Source: a virus. From it: a stretch of 64,000 nucleotides of DNA. The stretch lies in IMG/VR virus record IMGVR_UViG_3300044630_006441, positions 81,197 to 145,196 of that record; one strand, given 5' to 3'. The notes below the pieces were generated by a model. The model searched no databases. It was not told the origin of the DNA and worked only from the letters and a program-made list of their open reading frames with translations. Both the position numbers and the translations under genes were made by a program. Shown in pieces: positions 56,501 to 64,000 of this stretch (position 1 is its first letter; each line of letters starts with the position of its first letter).

Positions 56501-59500
56501 ATCTTGGCTTTTTCTTGGAGGTTCTGACCCATGCTGCTCAAGTTTTTCTTGAGCGGTTCGGCGATGGGGGCGAGAAGATCGTTGGCGACGGCCCCGACAT
56601 CTTCGCCCGTCTTGCGGAGCAGCTTCGTGAAATCTTCTTCACCAAGCTGAGACTGGATCAGGTTCGTGATCGTGGATATGGACGCCGGGTCAAGATTCTG
56701 CCCCTCAAGCCTCTGGCGGAGCATGTCCGAAACCTGGACGGAGAAGTTCGCCCCGGTTGCCAGGTCTTGCGCGGGCCTTGATCGGACGGCGTTGATGATG
56801 CTCGGGAGAACCCTACCGGCGACAGAAATAGCCTCTGCTGACTTCTCCACGTCGCCGCCAGACGCACCGGCCATCGAGGTGATCGACTTCACGGCCACCA
56901 TGAAATCGCTATTGTCACCAGCAAAAGGGCGCTGCAAGGACTCGGTCATGCTCGCGCCGGAAGACACGGCGACCGAACCGTCCATGATGTCTGTCAGATT
57001 CTTGGTGGCGGCAGCCATTGTTGAAAGCTGCTGTGTCGCCACGCTGAGCACGGAGCTGAAATTGCTGAACATAGCCGCCGTGTTGTTGGCTTTGCTCTCG
57101 GCAGTTTCCTGGGTCTTGCGGGCGACTTCGTTTTCTTGGATGCGCCTGAAGGAGTCAAACAGCTTCTTCTCAAGTGACGCGTAGTCCTGATTCGTGCCGG
57201 AGGCGACTCGTCCGAGGAGAGAAGCGCCCAGGCCGTCCCTGGATTTATAGATCGCTTCTTCAAACAATTTGCGGCGAGACCTTTCGTCCCTTGCGTTTTC
57301 GCCGATGTTGTTCTTGGCCTGCTCCTCAATTATCTTGGTGAGGGCATCCATCTGGGTGGGGACTTGGGCGGCTGCTGTCTCGCGCCGCTTGACATCCAGC
57401 TCGCTGTTGAATGTCTGACTTGAGTAAAAAGGAATCAGGCCAAAAATTGAAGAGTTGCGCTTGGCCATCTGCGACATCTGGTTGTCGATGTCGTTCTGCT
57501 GTTTTCTGATTGTCGCCGGATCGATTGTCGACATACCCTTGGCGAAATTCGACAGGGAGTCGTTCATCTTCTTGAGAGATGTGGCGATTGTCGCCTCGGA
57601 CAACTCATTGGAGGCCGACTTCAACGACTCCGTGAACATCAGAAGCGCGCCAGCTGCCGCCGACACGCCAAGGCCTATGCCGGTGAAACCGAGGCCCATC
57701 GCGACCGAAGCGCCAAGGCCAGCACCCTGGAGGGCAGACCCAGCCGCCTTGGTGTTCACGAATCTGTTCTGGGAGCCAGAACCAATAGCCGCCTCAGCGC
57801 CGCCAGCCGAATTGCTTATGCTGTCGCCCAGGAAAGAGGCGCCTGCCTGCAACGCGAAAAAGCCGCTCTGGCTCGTGAACATGTTGCCAATTTTTTGGGC
57901 AGCCATGCCGCCGAAGGCAGAAAGCCTGGAGCCAGAACGATCGTATCCTCGCCTAGCCGTGTCGCGAAGGACGGCACGACCGTTTTTATCCTGCACATCT
58001 ACATTGTTTTCGATGGCGTCAGCCAGTCGCCTGTTGGCAAGCTCAAGCACCGTCTCGCTGTCGTTGATCTTGTTCTCGAGACGGACATGTGTTTGCAGCG
58101 ACGCAAGGAGCTGCTCATTTGTTTGATTGATGACCCGCTGAAGGATTCTGGCCTTGCTTTGCTCGGGCAGGTTGCTCCCCGAACCCGTCGGATCGACCTT
58201 GGCCAGCTCGGCCTGCATTCTCTTTTCGATGACATCCTGATAGCTGCCCGCCCGACTGTTGCCGGAGTTGCCTCTCAGGAAAGATTGCTGTTGAACGACC
58301 GCCTTGCCAGCCGCCGTTTGCACCTCCATGACCCTGGTGCCATTTTCAAGCGCTCTGGCGAATTCCTCAGAGGCGGAAGCCGTTGCCATTGTCTGGCTGG
58401 TCAGACCCGTCTCGGCCATGATCTGGTTGCGGCGACCACGCACATATTCATCGTGGAGCTTGGAAGTTTCTTCGCTGATGAGTTTTTCTTTAGCGGCAGC
58501 CGAAACATTCGTGCCTTGTCCGACCGGATCAACCTGGGCTAACTTGGTGTTGATTCTGTCTTCAAGCAGCTTGCCAAGACTGTTCCGTGGTGCCGACCCT
58601 TGCGGTCCAGCCCCGAACACGTCGGCCACGCCGCTAAACTGCACAGACTCCTGCCCGGAGACGTCGCGCCTGATTTCGGCACCGATACCAGCGAGACCGA
58701 GTATTTGAGCCTTGGATTCTTCCCTGGCCCGCTTCACTTCTTCCTTGGCGTTGGCGACAACTGCCTCGTTCTCTTTGGACGAAGCCTCCAAAGTATTGCG
58801 ACTTCCACCCAGAAGTGAAGTTTTGCCGCCTTGCACCTGAATCAGGTTGCTGACACCAATACCTTCGTTTTTGCTGACGCGCAAAACAAGCTTGTTCAGG
58901 TCAGCCATCAGAGCCGAATACTGTTGGTCTATGACAGGATCGACCTTCGCCCTGTCGCTGAGGGCATTAGTCTGATCAATCAGCTGCGGCAAACGCTTGA
59001 TGTCGTCGATGCGCTGCTGAGCTTGCTTTTGCAGCGACTCTGCGTTTCTTGCTGTTTCTTCCAGGGAAACCGCTGCGTTGGCCTTGTCGAATATCGAAGA
59101 GGCGTTGCTGTTAGCCAAGCTTAAACGCTGACTGGCACCAAGATCCGGTCGCGTTTTTTCAAGAGCCTGCAAAATTGTTTTGGTCAGTATGTTCGAGGTT
59201 GCTCCAGACCTCGACATCTCGGACAAAAATTGCGGCAGATCTTCCTCGGAAATCGCCGAAGCCGTCCTGCTCACATTGCCAGCGACATTGTTGTTTTGCG
59301 CTATCGCATCCAGTCTTGTGAAGAACTTGTCTGCGGTGCCAAGATATCTGTCGAAACCAGCACCGAAAGTGCGCCTGGAGCTGCTGGGGTCAAAAGGAGT
59401 TTGGCTGGAAGTATAGCGCCTGTAGGAAGGAGCATCCGGGACTGGAGCGTCTTCTGGGGTTTGGCTCGAGACATACTTTTTATAGGGACGATCGAGGGTT

Positions 59501-62500
59501 GGCGGATCAACCGCAATTGGAGTTTGGCTCGATGGATATTTTTTGTAAGGGCGATTTTCAGCCGGATCTGGAATAGGAGCTGGGGTCGGCGTCTGGCTTG
59601 AAGGATACCTTCTGTAGGGAGGGTTGGGAATCGGAGCCGAAGTTGTGGTTGTGGTAGTCGTGCCACCGCCACCAGGGGGAGGAGGAGGGGGAGAAGCGGC
59701 TGGCGGAGCTGGTGGTTTAGGCGGTGGAGGGCTGGCGGGCGTGTTTGCTGCGGCAGAATTCTTTTTGCTTGGGGTAGGGGTTTCCTCATAAACAGGCAGT
59801 GTGGGCAGTATGTTTTCTTGTTGTTTTGGCTGTGTTTTTTTCTTGCTGCTAGATTTGGTTGCAGCGGCAGATTTTGTTGCTTTCTGTGCGGCTTCAAGAT
59901 CCTTGCTCTCTTGCTCGAATGCTTGCTCGCGTGCCTTCATGGCGGCGACAAGAGAAGGCGGGGGTGCGCCGTCGAATCCTGGAGTGCTGACCAGGTTGGC
60001 TATTTCGTCGTATTGCTCTTGCGACAGAATGCTTTGTTTCTTGAGCTTTTCTGCCAGCCTACGCAGGCCGATCGGACCCATGTTGTTGATGTCGGCTTCG
60101 CCTGTCCTTTGGGCCAGGCTGCTTTCAATCAATTTTGTTTTTTCTTCAAGACTGGAAACCTCGGCAAATTGACGCCTTCTGGCCGTGACAGGCGGGAGGT
60201 TTTTGCCAAGAGTATCGCCAAGGATTCCGCGATTGGGCTTGTCTGAAATAATTCCAGTCGAGATTTCTTCTTCTTTTTCGTCCCGTATTTGCTGTTTGAT
60301 CAGTTCCTGCTCTTCGAGTTTCCTCTTTCTGGCTTCGGCCCTGGCTTCGGCACGGGCTTTCTTGTTCTCTTCTTGTAGGGCTTTCTTTTCCGCCAGTTTC
60401 GATTCTTTCTCGGCTTCTCGCTGAGCCTTGCGTGCTTCCGCCTTCTCCCTTATCAGCCGTTGGCGTTCTTCTTTGCTGACCGTCTGGCGGGCCAGGTAGT
60501 TGGAAGGTTTGCCAATATTGAGTTCGCCCTCCGAGAATGGGTCGCCCTGGACATACTTGTCAACAGCTTCACCGACAAAATCGTCGGTTTTGCCTTTGAG
60601 GGCGCCTTCAAGCGCCTTGCTGTACATTTCCGCCCTGCCGACTTTTTGGGGCATGGTGCGCGGATTGATCACCCTGAAAAGTTCGCGGTCAGCCTCGCCG
60701 GTGCTTTTTCCAGAGAAAAAGCCGCGCAACTCAGGATCTCGCATCATGCTGTCTTTGATGCCGTCATAATGACGCATAGAGCTGAGTTCTTCAGTCTGTT
60801 CCCAAAAATCACTATTCGCTTTTGGGAATTTAACTTTATTGAGCGGCAAGCCGGTTCTTCTGGATTCCCTGCCGCGATATTCGCTAATGAAGGTTTCTCT
60901 GACTTTATTCAGCAAATCCTGGGAATTTGCTTCTCCGTAAAATTCTCCCGACAGGTTTCCTACGAACTCATCTTTGACGCCATAGAGACCGGCTTTTCTC
61001 TTGGCGGTTTCAAGAGGTGGGCGACTCTTGCTGATTTCAGAAAGTATGACTTGGCGAATTTCGTCGACATTGCTTGACGGGGTCTTTACGCCCATGCTCC
61101 GAGAAATTTCCTTGAGTCCACTCTTATTGAGTTTTTTCAAGTCCTCTTCGAGGCTTTTTGGGACATCATAACCCATGCTGGAAAAAATAGATTCGCGGAC
61201 ACGACTCATCACTTGTTCGTGAGGAAGCGATTTTTTGATCACCGCCATGACCTTGTCGATCTGGTCGTCGGGAACGCTCAGACCTTTGCGGGACATGGAG
61301 TAAATAATGCGTTCGCGCAATTCCTGGTCAGTAACGAGACCGCCATCCTGATAGCCACGCACAGAGCCAGAACTGTTGAGACGATTAAGATTGGAGATGC
61401 CGATTCTTTTGGCTTGCTCTGGAGAAAAAACATATTCTCCAGGAGTCAGCATGGTGGGGACGCCGCCGCTGCCCATCTGTCGCAGATTGCTAGCGCCCAG
61501 TTTGCGAACTGAAGATTTCTTAATGACAAAAGAGCCGGGAGCCAAGGACATTGGCACGCTGTCGCTGTCGCCAACTCCTGGAACGATACCGCCGCTGGCC
61601 CTGGTCAACAGGTGGGTGTTGCTTGTCGTTACGCCGCGACCAAAATTGGCCACGAACGGTCCAATGCTTGAGCCGATCCGGACAGCAGCGAAAGCAGTAA
61701 GGAGGGGAAGAACCGGACGCAGGGCGTTCGTGATTGAAAGGATTCCCTTGGCGATTTCCTCAAAAGCACCAAAGGTCGCCTTGAAGCCTTGCGTGTCCAT
61801 CATCGAGCGACCAAACTCAAGATAGCTTTCTTTCAGCTTGGTCAATTTGTTAGCGTAGCTTTCAGCCGCCTGCGCCGCATTCACATTGAGGCTGATGCGT
61901 CCAGCTTCCGCCACCATCAGGGCGCGTTCGCTGACTGCGAATTCCTGGATCAGCGGGATGACCTTGGAGATTTGGCGATAGCCACCCAGGTTTTCAACGA
62001 TAGCGCTGTAACGCGGGTCAGCCTGGGGGAGTTGGGTCAGGGCGGCAGACAGACGACGGATAGCCTCATACGCCCCGACAAACTGTCCTTCTATGCCCAA
62101 GTCGCCAGCTTTTGTCGCTTCGTCTTTCGTGTAGCGGAGCTGAACGCCAATCTGCTTGAGGGATTCCACCGTGTCGTTGCGCTGGATGCGGGTGAAAATC
62201 GTCCTCAAACCTGTGGCGATAGACTCGGCTGATTCACGAGTGGTCTGACGAACCGAAGTGAAAAGGCCCAGCAACTGGTTCAAGTCGCCGCCGGTTGCGG
62301 CAAACGCACCACCGGTCCTTCTCACGACCTCGATCAAGTCACTTGCTTCGACGGCGAACTCGCCAGCCACAGCGTTCATCGAACCAAGTGCCGCTTCAAG
62401 ATCTTTGCTTTTGATCTTGAACTGGTTCATCACGGCGATGGCGCCTTCTACCGTCTGCTCGACAGAGTCAAAGTTGGGGGCCAGGGCCGACTTGGCGAGG

Positions 62501-62994
62501 GCCTCCAGGGCATCTTTGGTTTCCGTGATTGACAGGTTTGCTTGTTTCAAGGTGACGGCTGTCTTGATCAGGTCCTGGCTGGAAACGCCCAGATTGGCCG
62601 ACAGCCGACTGACCTCACGCCCAATGGCCCCGACTTCAGATCCCGCCCCGGTTGCGACCTGACGAAGGCGGACCATCTGCTTGTCGAACTCGACAGCCTC
62701 GGTTATGGCAGAACGAATGCCAGAGGCCACCTGGATGAACGGGATGGCGGCGATACTGAACGCCGTAAAACGCTTGAAGGCCAAGCCAGACTGCTGGGCA
62801 AACCTTTCCACAGCATTTGTAGCCTGCCCAATTTCACTAACTACACTACGGATGGAATTGACATCAGCGCGAACCGGCACATTGATAGCGCCGACACCAG
62901 AAGAGCGCAGGCCTGAGTTAATTTCACCGGCAATTCGGCGAACAGCCCCAGAAGCCAAACGAAGATTTAGCTGTCCAGTGATATCAAATGCCAT
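50581..62994 (-). CDS. Giant tail tape-measure protein (4137 aa)
   Basis: TP901-type core (A..FD..M..L.QV, L.QA, N.VA..FAVE..DL, RESA..IATGLRTIF.R); helical; start MAFDITGQ. Confidence 0.85.
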   Translation of the reverse strand: MAFDITGQLNLRLASGAVRRIAGEINSGLRSSGVGAINVPVRADVNSIRSVVSEIGQATNAVERFAQQSGLAFKRFTAFSIAAIPFIQVASGIRSAITEAVEFDKQMVRLRQVATGAGSEVGAIGREVSRLSANLGVSSQDLIKTAVTLKQANLSITETKDALEALAKSALAPNFDSVEQTVEGAIAVMNQFKIKSKDLEAALGSMNAVAGEFAVEASDLIEVVRRTGGAFAATGGDLNQLLGLFTSVRQTTRESAESIATGLRTIFTRIQRNDTVESLKQIGVQLRYTKDEATKAGDLGIEGQFVGAYEAIRRLSAALTQLPQADPRYSAIVENLGGYRQISKVIPLIQEFAVSERALMVAEAGRISLNVNAAQAAESYANKLTKLKESYLEFGRSMMDTQGFKATFGAFEEIAKGILSITNALRPVLPLLTAFAAVRIGSSIGPFVANFGRGVTTSNTHLLTRASGGIVPGVGDSDSVPMSLAPGSFVIKKSSVRKLGASNLRQMGSGGVPTMLTPGEYVFSPEQAKRIGISNLNRLNSSGSVRGYQDGGLVTDQELRERIIYSMSRKGLSVPDDQIDKVMAVIKKSLPHEQVMSRVRESIFSSMGYDVPKSLEEDLKKLNKSGLKEISRSMGVKTPSSNVDEIRQVILSEISKSRPPLETAKRKAGLYGVKDEFVGNLSGEFYGEANSQDLLNKVRETFISEYRGRESRRTGLPLNKVKFPKANSDFWEQTEELSSMRHYDGIKDSMMRDPELRGFFSGKSTGEADRELFRVINPRTMPQKVGRAEMYSKALEGALKGKTDDFVGEAVDKYVQGDPFSEGELNIGKPSNYLARQTVSKEERQRLIREKAEARKAQREAEKESKLAEKKALQEENKKARAEARAEARKRKLEEQELIKQQIRDEKEEEISTGIISDKPNRGILGDTLGKNLPPVTARRRQFAEVSSLEEKTKLIESSLAQRTGEADINNMGPIGLRRLAEKLKKQSILSQEQYDEIANLVSTPGFDGAPPPSLVAAMKAREQAFEQESKDLEAAQKATKSAAATKSSSKKKTQPKQQENILPTLPVYEETPTPSKKNSAAANTPASPPPPKPPAPPAASPPPPPPGGGGTTTTTTTSAPIPNPPYRRYPSSQTPTPAPIPDPAENRPYKKYPSSQTPIAVDPPTLDRPYKKYVSSQTPEDAPVPDAPSYRRYTSSQTPFDPSSSRRTFGAGFDRYLGTADKFFTRLDAIAQNNNVAGNVSRTASAISEEDLPQFLSEMSRSGATSNILTKTILQALEKTRPDLGASQRLSLANSNASSIFDKANAAVSLEETARNAESLQKQAQQRIDDIKRLPQLIDQTNALSDRAKVDPVIDQQYSALMADLNKLVLRVSKNEGIGVSNLIQVQGGKTSLLGGSRNTLEASSKENEAVVANAKEEVKRAREESKAQILGLAGIGAEIRRDVSGQESVQFSGVADVFGAGPQGSAPRNSLGKLLEDRINTKLAQVDPVGQGTNVSAAAKEKLISEETSKLHDEYVRGRRNQIMAETGLTSQTMATASASEEFARALENGTRVMEVQTAAGKAVVQQQSFLRGNSGNSRAGSYQDVIEKRMQAELAKVDPTGSGSNLPEQSKARILQRVINQTNEQLLASLQTHVRLENKINDSETVLELANRRLADAIENNVDVQDKNGRAVLRDTARRGYDRSGSRLSAFGGMAAQKIGNMFTSQSGFFALQAGASFLGDSISNSAGGAEAAIGSGSQNRFVNTKAAGSALQGAGLGASVAMGLGFTGIGLGVSAAAGALLMFTESLKSASNELSEATIATSLKKMNDSLSNFAKGMSTIDPATIRKQQNDIDNQMSQMAKRNSSIFGLIPFYSSQTFNSELDVKRRETAAAQVPTQMDALTKIIEEQAKNNIGENARDERSRRKLFEEAIYKSRDGLGASLLGRVASGTNQDYASLEKKLFDSFRRIQENEVARKTQETAESKANNTAAMFSNFSSVLSVATQQLSTMAAATKNLTDIMDGSVAVSSGASMTESLQRPFAGDNSDFMVAVKSITSMAGASGGDVEKSAEAISVAGRVLPSIINAVRSRPAQDLATGANFSVQVSDMLRQRLEGQNLDPASISTITNLIQSQLGEEDFTKLLRKTGEDVGAVANDLLAPIAEPLKKNLSSMGQNLQEKAKIFANDLTELGGRVRAVGELMDKANFAQISSERNRVQTMSRRGLIREDSGDETLFDLALKQQELRQARLTGFGGNAVFKNPQAIADAQNPEKINEALKATIAKIGIVDRKISAASRDGNNKAQFEAQNEMSKLKVRAADLGQALKNLTDTSERNAAAQERLTKIQADREGRQSLGMRYATSNLEGRADIAKSFSLLSQAGQLGTAAPFSVRDQNQIFSLLSSLSPQMRLQGLGGISVKELSTQLLNSTFGGAFDLDPQSAAMEKALDSFVQQNYEIASRAAQLQVDNQDKLLGDFFSRLQNNQQAFLESIAKTMADVGRQNLETQKSMAISRVKDLEKNVGDTSIIGKLGIKTDEEFKMFAGAIKNPNMSAMIDAGGKMVAGDKLMDRARGGVDNFASRITNSVGGMSVRDIIGNASGAIKTQLEEIGFTDEKDRTNILVKMDEYFKERNINKNIGNVEADLKKAFLQAASSVVGDQIRLAREDFSKAESGLRNSVSLPDEVIKRLSEASQRSFDTISISSLEKSVGIVNGMNVGFSKMGDLLKDAKTKLDELNKAIDDINKPKDKKANGGLIRFFNKGGWGSEGSLTPHSSDTVNARINPNEFVVSSGPAQKNKALLERINSGLPAFAEGGEAKEAYARIGNLGKLVNFGGSTAESTIKNDDTESAKDLIRKNATILFLSQIKSMDKEKRTAFLNKQIDMIGKDLPKNDQQAGVFDALMQVLKIRQEKQKAYDDAVKAQQDQKNAPVFPDVLPKIGDYHTALRQAAVSRAFGNPPFEVESIISGIKDTVNTLASQEDAQKNTAADINKAFGTSVGESLSDLISNEPRLADFKNLISDFMYQQALSSPSFRGLETLGQWNYSDKERSSKKPLRMIRANHPISVIEGLYTGKNALREKANQELSEQNYPEGPEDYVKNIYGLMVGEVTAKVKSAEDLRKNAEEILRNRRKFEEIKSPDFDQAILESIDATIAKLKEDNEKVPGLAKILGAAKENSKARMAAFATPEQRLAKNIAAIDPENIDAKTMVDLVKLQGLSKEAELFNQVNPALQAKLVNDALDRIRQNKLRPGERELIQSMGLDRTNSSDITAEEIEKYRTQESKMPVIQRAYLRYMAQAASRPLDGKDPGTFNEAEKALYLMTLEQKAQALALARVQDKEERVKLDRLGRFLLANPGLIDARMSGAEEKGADTYAQEAALLSMVFGLLGKPTTFPSVSSVFKGRPIKPGPKVQIEEAPEPPPEFGVKEAGEMKFAVGGLVPGVGNTDSVRTNLPVGSYVVRKSSVQSLGAETLASLPHLAKGGVVPAMVMPGEHIYSPQEASKIGIGNLDYINKNGKLPGFERGTPGGVKAEANARAAAANGFGVPRPPAFNDPNWQMIPNGDGTFKLVQAGAMRWGGGQNPLNMVPGMMPGPNVQMPPAQAVNPINNPLQGMAVGNGANANAGAVKMPGQNNPNAAAELEQIMAGNLMAANQDFDILGAKAEFYQLRNQMRNPRARTKENIAKLRELYAQLSNPVIAQMDAEKRRMSAEEALSLFQNSPKEFFKSVNSYRAEMMDKKKSYKERLAAKEKYEEFSFAARMIPPQALRAAMAGENQPKGPAKNDILEKEWKERREGVAAHNARMREQGKIPKNGPEAVQHHNTGVEIRYGKQLTGPEAVNIHNARVKANEQNRPAPNPEAARANHLKKMLDTAQENYLKTGDPKFLEEIRKLKNPEQVRAEEKSEAQRKMDEYRAQKKKENEANDIAQWHVKEGIADIRDPGGVKRKAEKERQEKEAQEAKMRAFYEEKSKKRREFEDKINSNYAAADELRKKIAGGDDLVKRATGGIVPGVGSGDIVPAMLEPGELVVPKKHVQKFANGGIVGGIQGFANGGMAQGGPELLDVAAKFNQAATQISQGLSGFSTSVSTFNGAVANFGTFVDKFDEAVGKIPGQIELSGANEISVNLMGQDSIVKAVTEAIGPMIAEAIRANQPVEQRSQ
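59395..59620 (-). repeat. Four tandem Y(R/K)(R/K)YxSSQTP peptide repeats in the tape measure
   Basis: PYRRYPSSQTP, PYKKYPSSQTP, PYKKYVSSQTP, SYRRYTSSQTP. Confidence 0.85.
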
Positions 62995-63005
62995 ATTAAC
63001 CCCGC

Positions 63006-63056
63006 AAAATAAAAGGACGGTGGTCCTCACTCATGGGAGAGCAAAGACCACCGCCC
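63006..63056 (-). terminator. Terminator/attenuator-like hairpin directly before the tape-measure start
   Basis: GGGCGGTGGTC...GACCACCGTCC followed by TTTTATTTT. Confidence 0.65.
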
Positions 63057-63078
63057 GCGTAAGCCTGTCCGGTTCAAC

Positions 63079-63091
63079 AGAAATTACACCG
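63079..63091 (-). promoter_or_regulatory. Candidate late-promoter motif CGGTGTAATTTCT
   Basis: Identical to 44013-44025; overlaps the stop codon of the upstream gene. Confidence 0.45.
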
Positions 63092-63908
63092 AGGGGATAG
63101 CCTCGGGAGCACTAACAATCGGGTTTCCTTCGTCGTCCAGGAAGGGTTTTTCATCGACCAGGAAATTGCCTTCCGCATCGACCAGATTGCCCTCGCGATC
63201 AACAAACTGACCAGCCTCATTGATGTAGCGACCGTTCTCATCAACCAGACGACCGTCGGCGTCAACCTTCCGCCCCTGTTTGTCGACAAGGTGCAGGCTT
63301 TCGTCCGCAAACTTGTACTTCACCAGGAACTGGTTCTCAGGAAGCTTCTTCTCGTAGTCGTCTTCCAGGTTGTAGATGATCTTTGCCAAAGCGCTGGCGG
63401 CGGGGCCAACGGCAGGATCATCCTCTTTGGTCATGTAGTCTTCATAGGACTTGAAATACGGCTTGCCGTCGTTGGCATGGACGGTGCAGACCGAAACCCA
63501 GTAATTGAACTGGGCGTTGTCTGCCTGGGCTTCAGCCGAATTGTTGTCCAGGCTCATTCGCTCAGAATTCAGGCCACGAAGCTCGGCCCGGTCACGACGA
63601 AGCTGGATAGCCAGATCGCGTGCTTCCGACAGCTTGATGCCGCCAGAACGGACCTTGCGCTCCTTTTCGCCGATGGAAGCCTGAAGCTTGCGCAGCTCGG
63701 CCTCTTTCTGGTCGTCCCACAGCTTTTGTTCACGCATCACGCTTTCGATCTTGGCCCGGAGGATCGCCCCGGACTCGACCGCCTCACGGAAAGCCCTGTT
63801 GTAGACTTTCTGTGCTTCCTGGCGCTGCTTGGCATTGGGACGAAGAACAGCCAGTTCCACTTCCTTGCCACCAATCTCAACCTTAACCACCTTCTTGTTG
63901 GCGCTCAC
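63084..63908 (-). CDS. Putative tail assembly chaperone with D..G..VD repeats
   Basis: Directly upstream of tape measure; start GTG 63908 after GGAGGAGG; C-terminal VD.(E/D)G repeats. Confidence 0.5.
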   Translation of the reverse strand: MSANKKVVKVEIGGKEVELAVLRPNAKQRQEAQKVYNRAFREAVESGAILRAKIESVMREQKLWDDQKEAELRKLQASIGEKERKVRSGGIKLSEARDLAIQLRRDRAELRGLNSERMSLDNNSAEAQADNAQFNYWVSVCTVHANDGKPYFKSYEDYMTKEDDPAVGPAASALAKIIYNLEDDYEKKLPENQFLVKYKFADESLHLVDKQGRKVDADGRLVDENGRYINEAGQFVDREGNLVDAEGNFLVDEKPFLDDEGNPIVSAPEAIPSV

Positions 63909-64000
63909 GAATCCTCCTCCACGGGTAGGGTCTTCTGACAACGGTTCCAGCTAACCGTATATTGGGCCAGTTCACTTTCGACAGCACGCAGCTGGGCGTT
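63905..64000 (-). CDS. 3' end of a hypothetical gene (truncated at window edge)
   Basis: Open frame ...ELAQYTVSWNRCQKTLPVEEDS*, GTGA-coupled to next gene. Confidence 0.55.
   Translation of the reverse strand, partial: NAQLRAVESELAQYTVSWNRCQKTLPVEEDS

Noticed and set aside
1-64000. Stop-codon reassignment
   Set aside because: Genes are full length in the standard code and end in TAA, TGA and TAG
1-64000. tRNA or rRNA genes
   Set aside because: Intergenic gaps are short and no cloverleaf or rRNA signature was recognised by eye

Overview
This window is a 64-kb piece of a large tailed dsDNA phage genome with GC-rich codon usage; a Planctomycetota host is a weak inference only. The + strand (1-41.8 kb) starts with the end of thyX and a phage sigma factor. 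It then carries a secreted-protein/papain-like protease cassette, two paralogous fibre-like proteins (one a 1370-aa mucin-like Thr-linker/Cys-module protein) and a class II ribonucleotide reductase. The replication block follows: RecA with a class-3-type intein, DnaB, DnaG, dNMP kinase, Cas4-like nuclease, MazG, a free-standing HNH, a DnaE split into two genes around a DEDDh exonuclease, and SSB. Next is a ~10.6-kb glycosylation/modification cluster (3 GT4, GT2, nucleotidyltransferase, PhoH, methyltransferase-like, GHMP-like, ATE/Bpt-like transferase). The - strand (41.7-64 kb) is the tail module: putative chaperone, a 4137-aa tape-measure protein, tail-tip proteins, Cys-rich proteins, and a DxH/GGE-type glycosyltransferase resembling polypeptide GalNAc transferases. 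The leading hypothesis is a phage-encoded, mucin-type O-glycosylation system acting on Thr-rich virion fibres. Other notable signals are RNA stems that bury start codons, a shared candidate late-promoter motif, and CpG-poor AT-rich patches inside genes. All calls rest on motif recognition by eye; no database searches were run.
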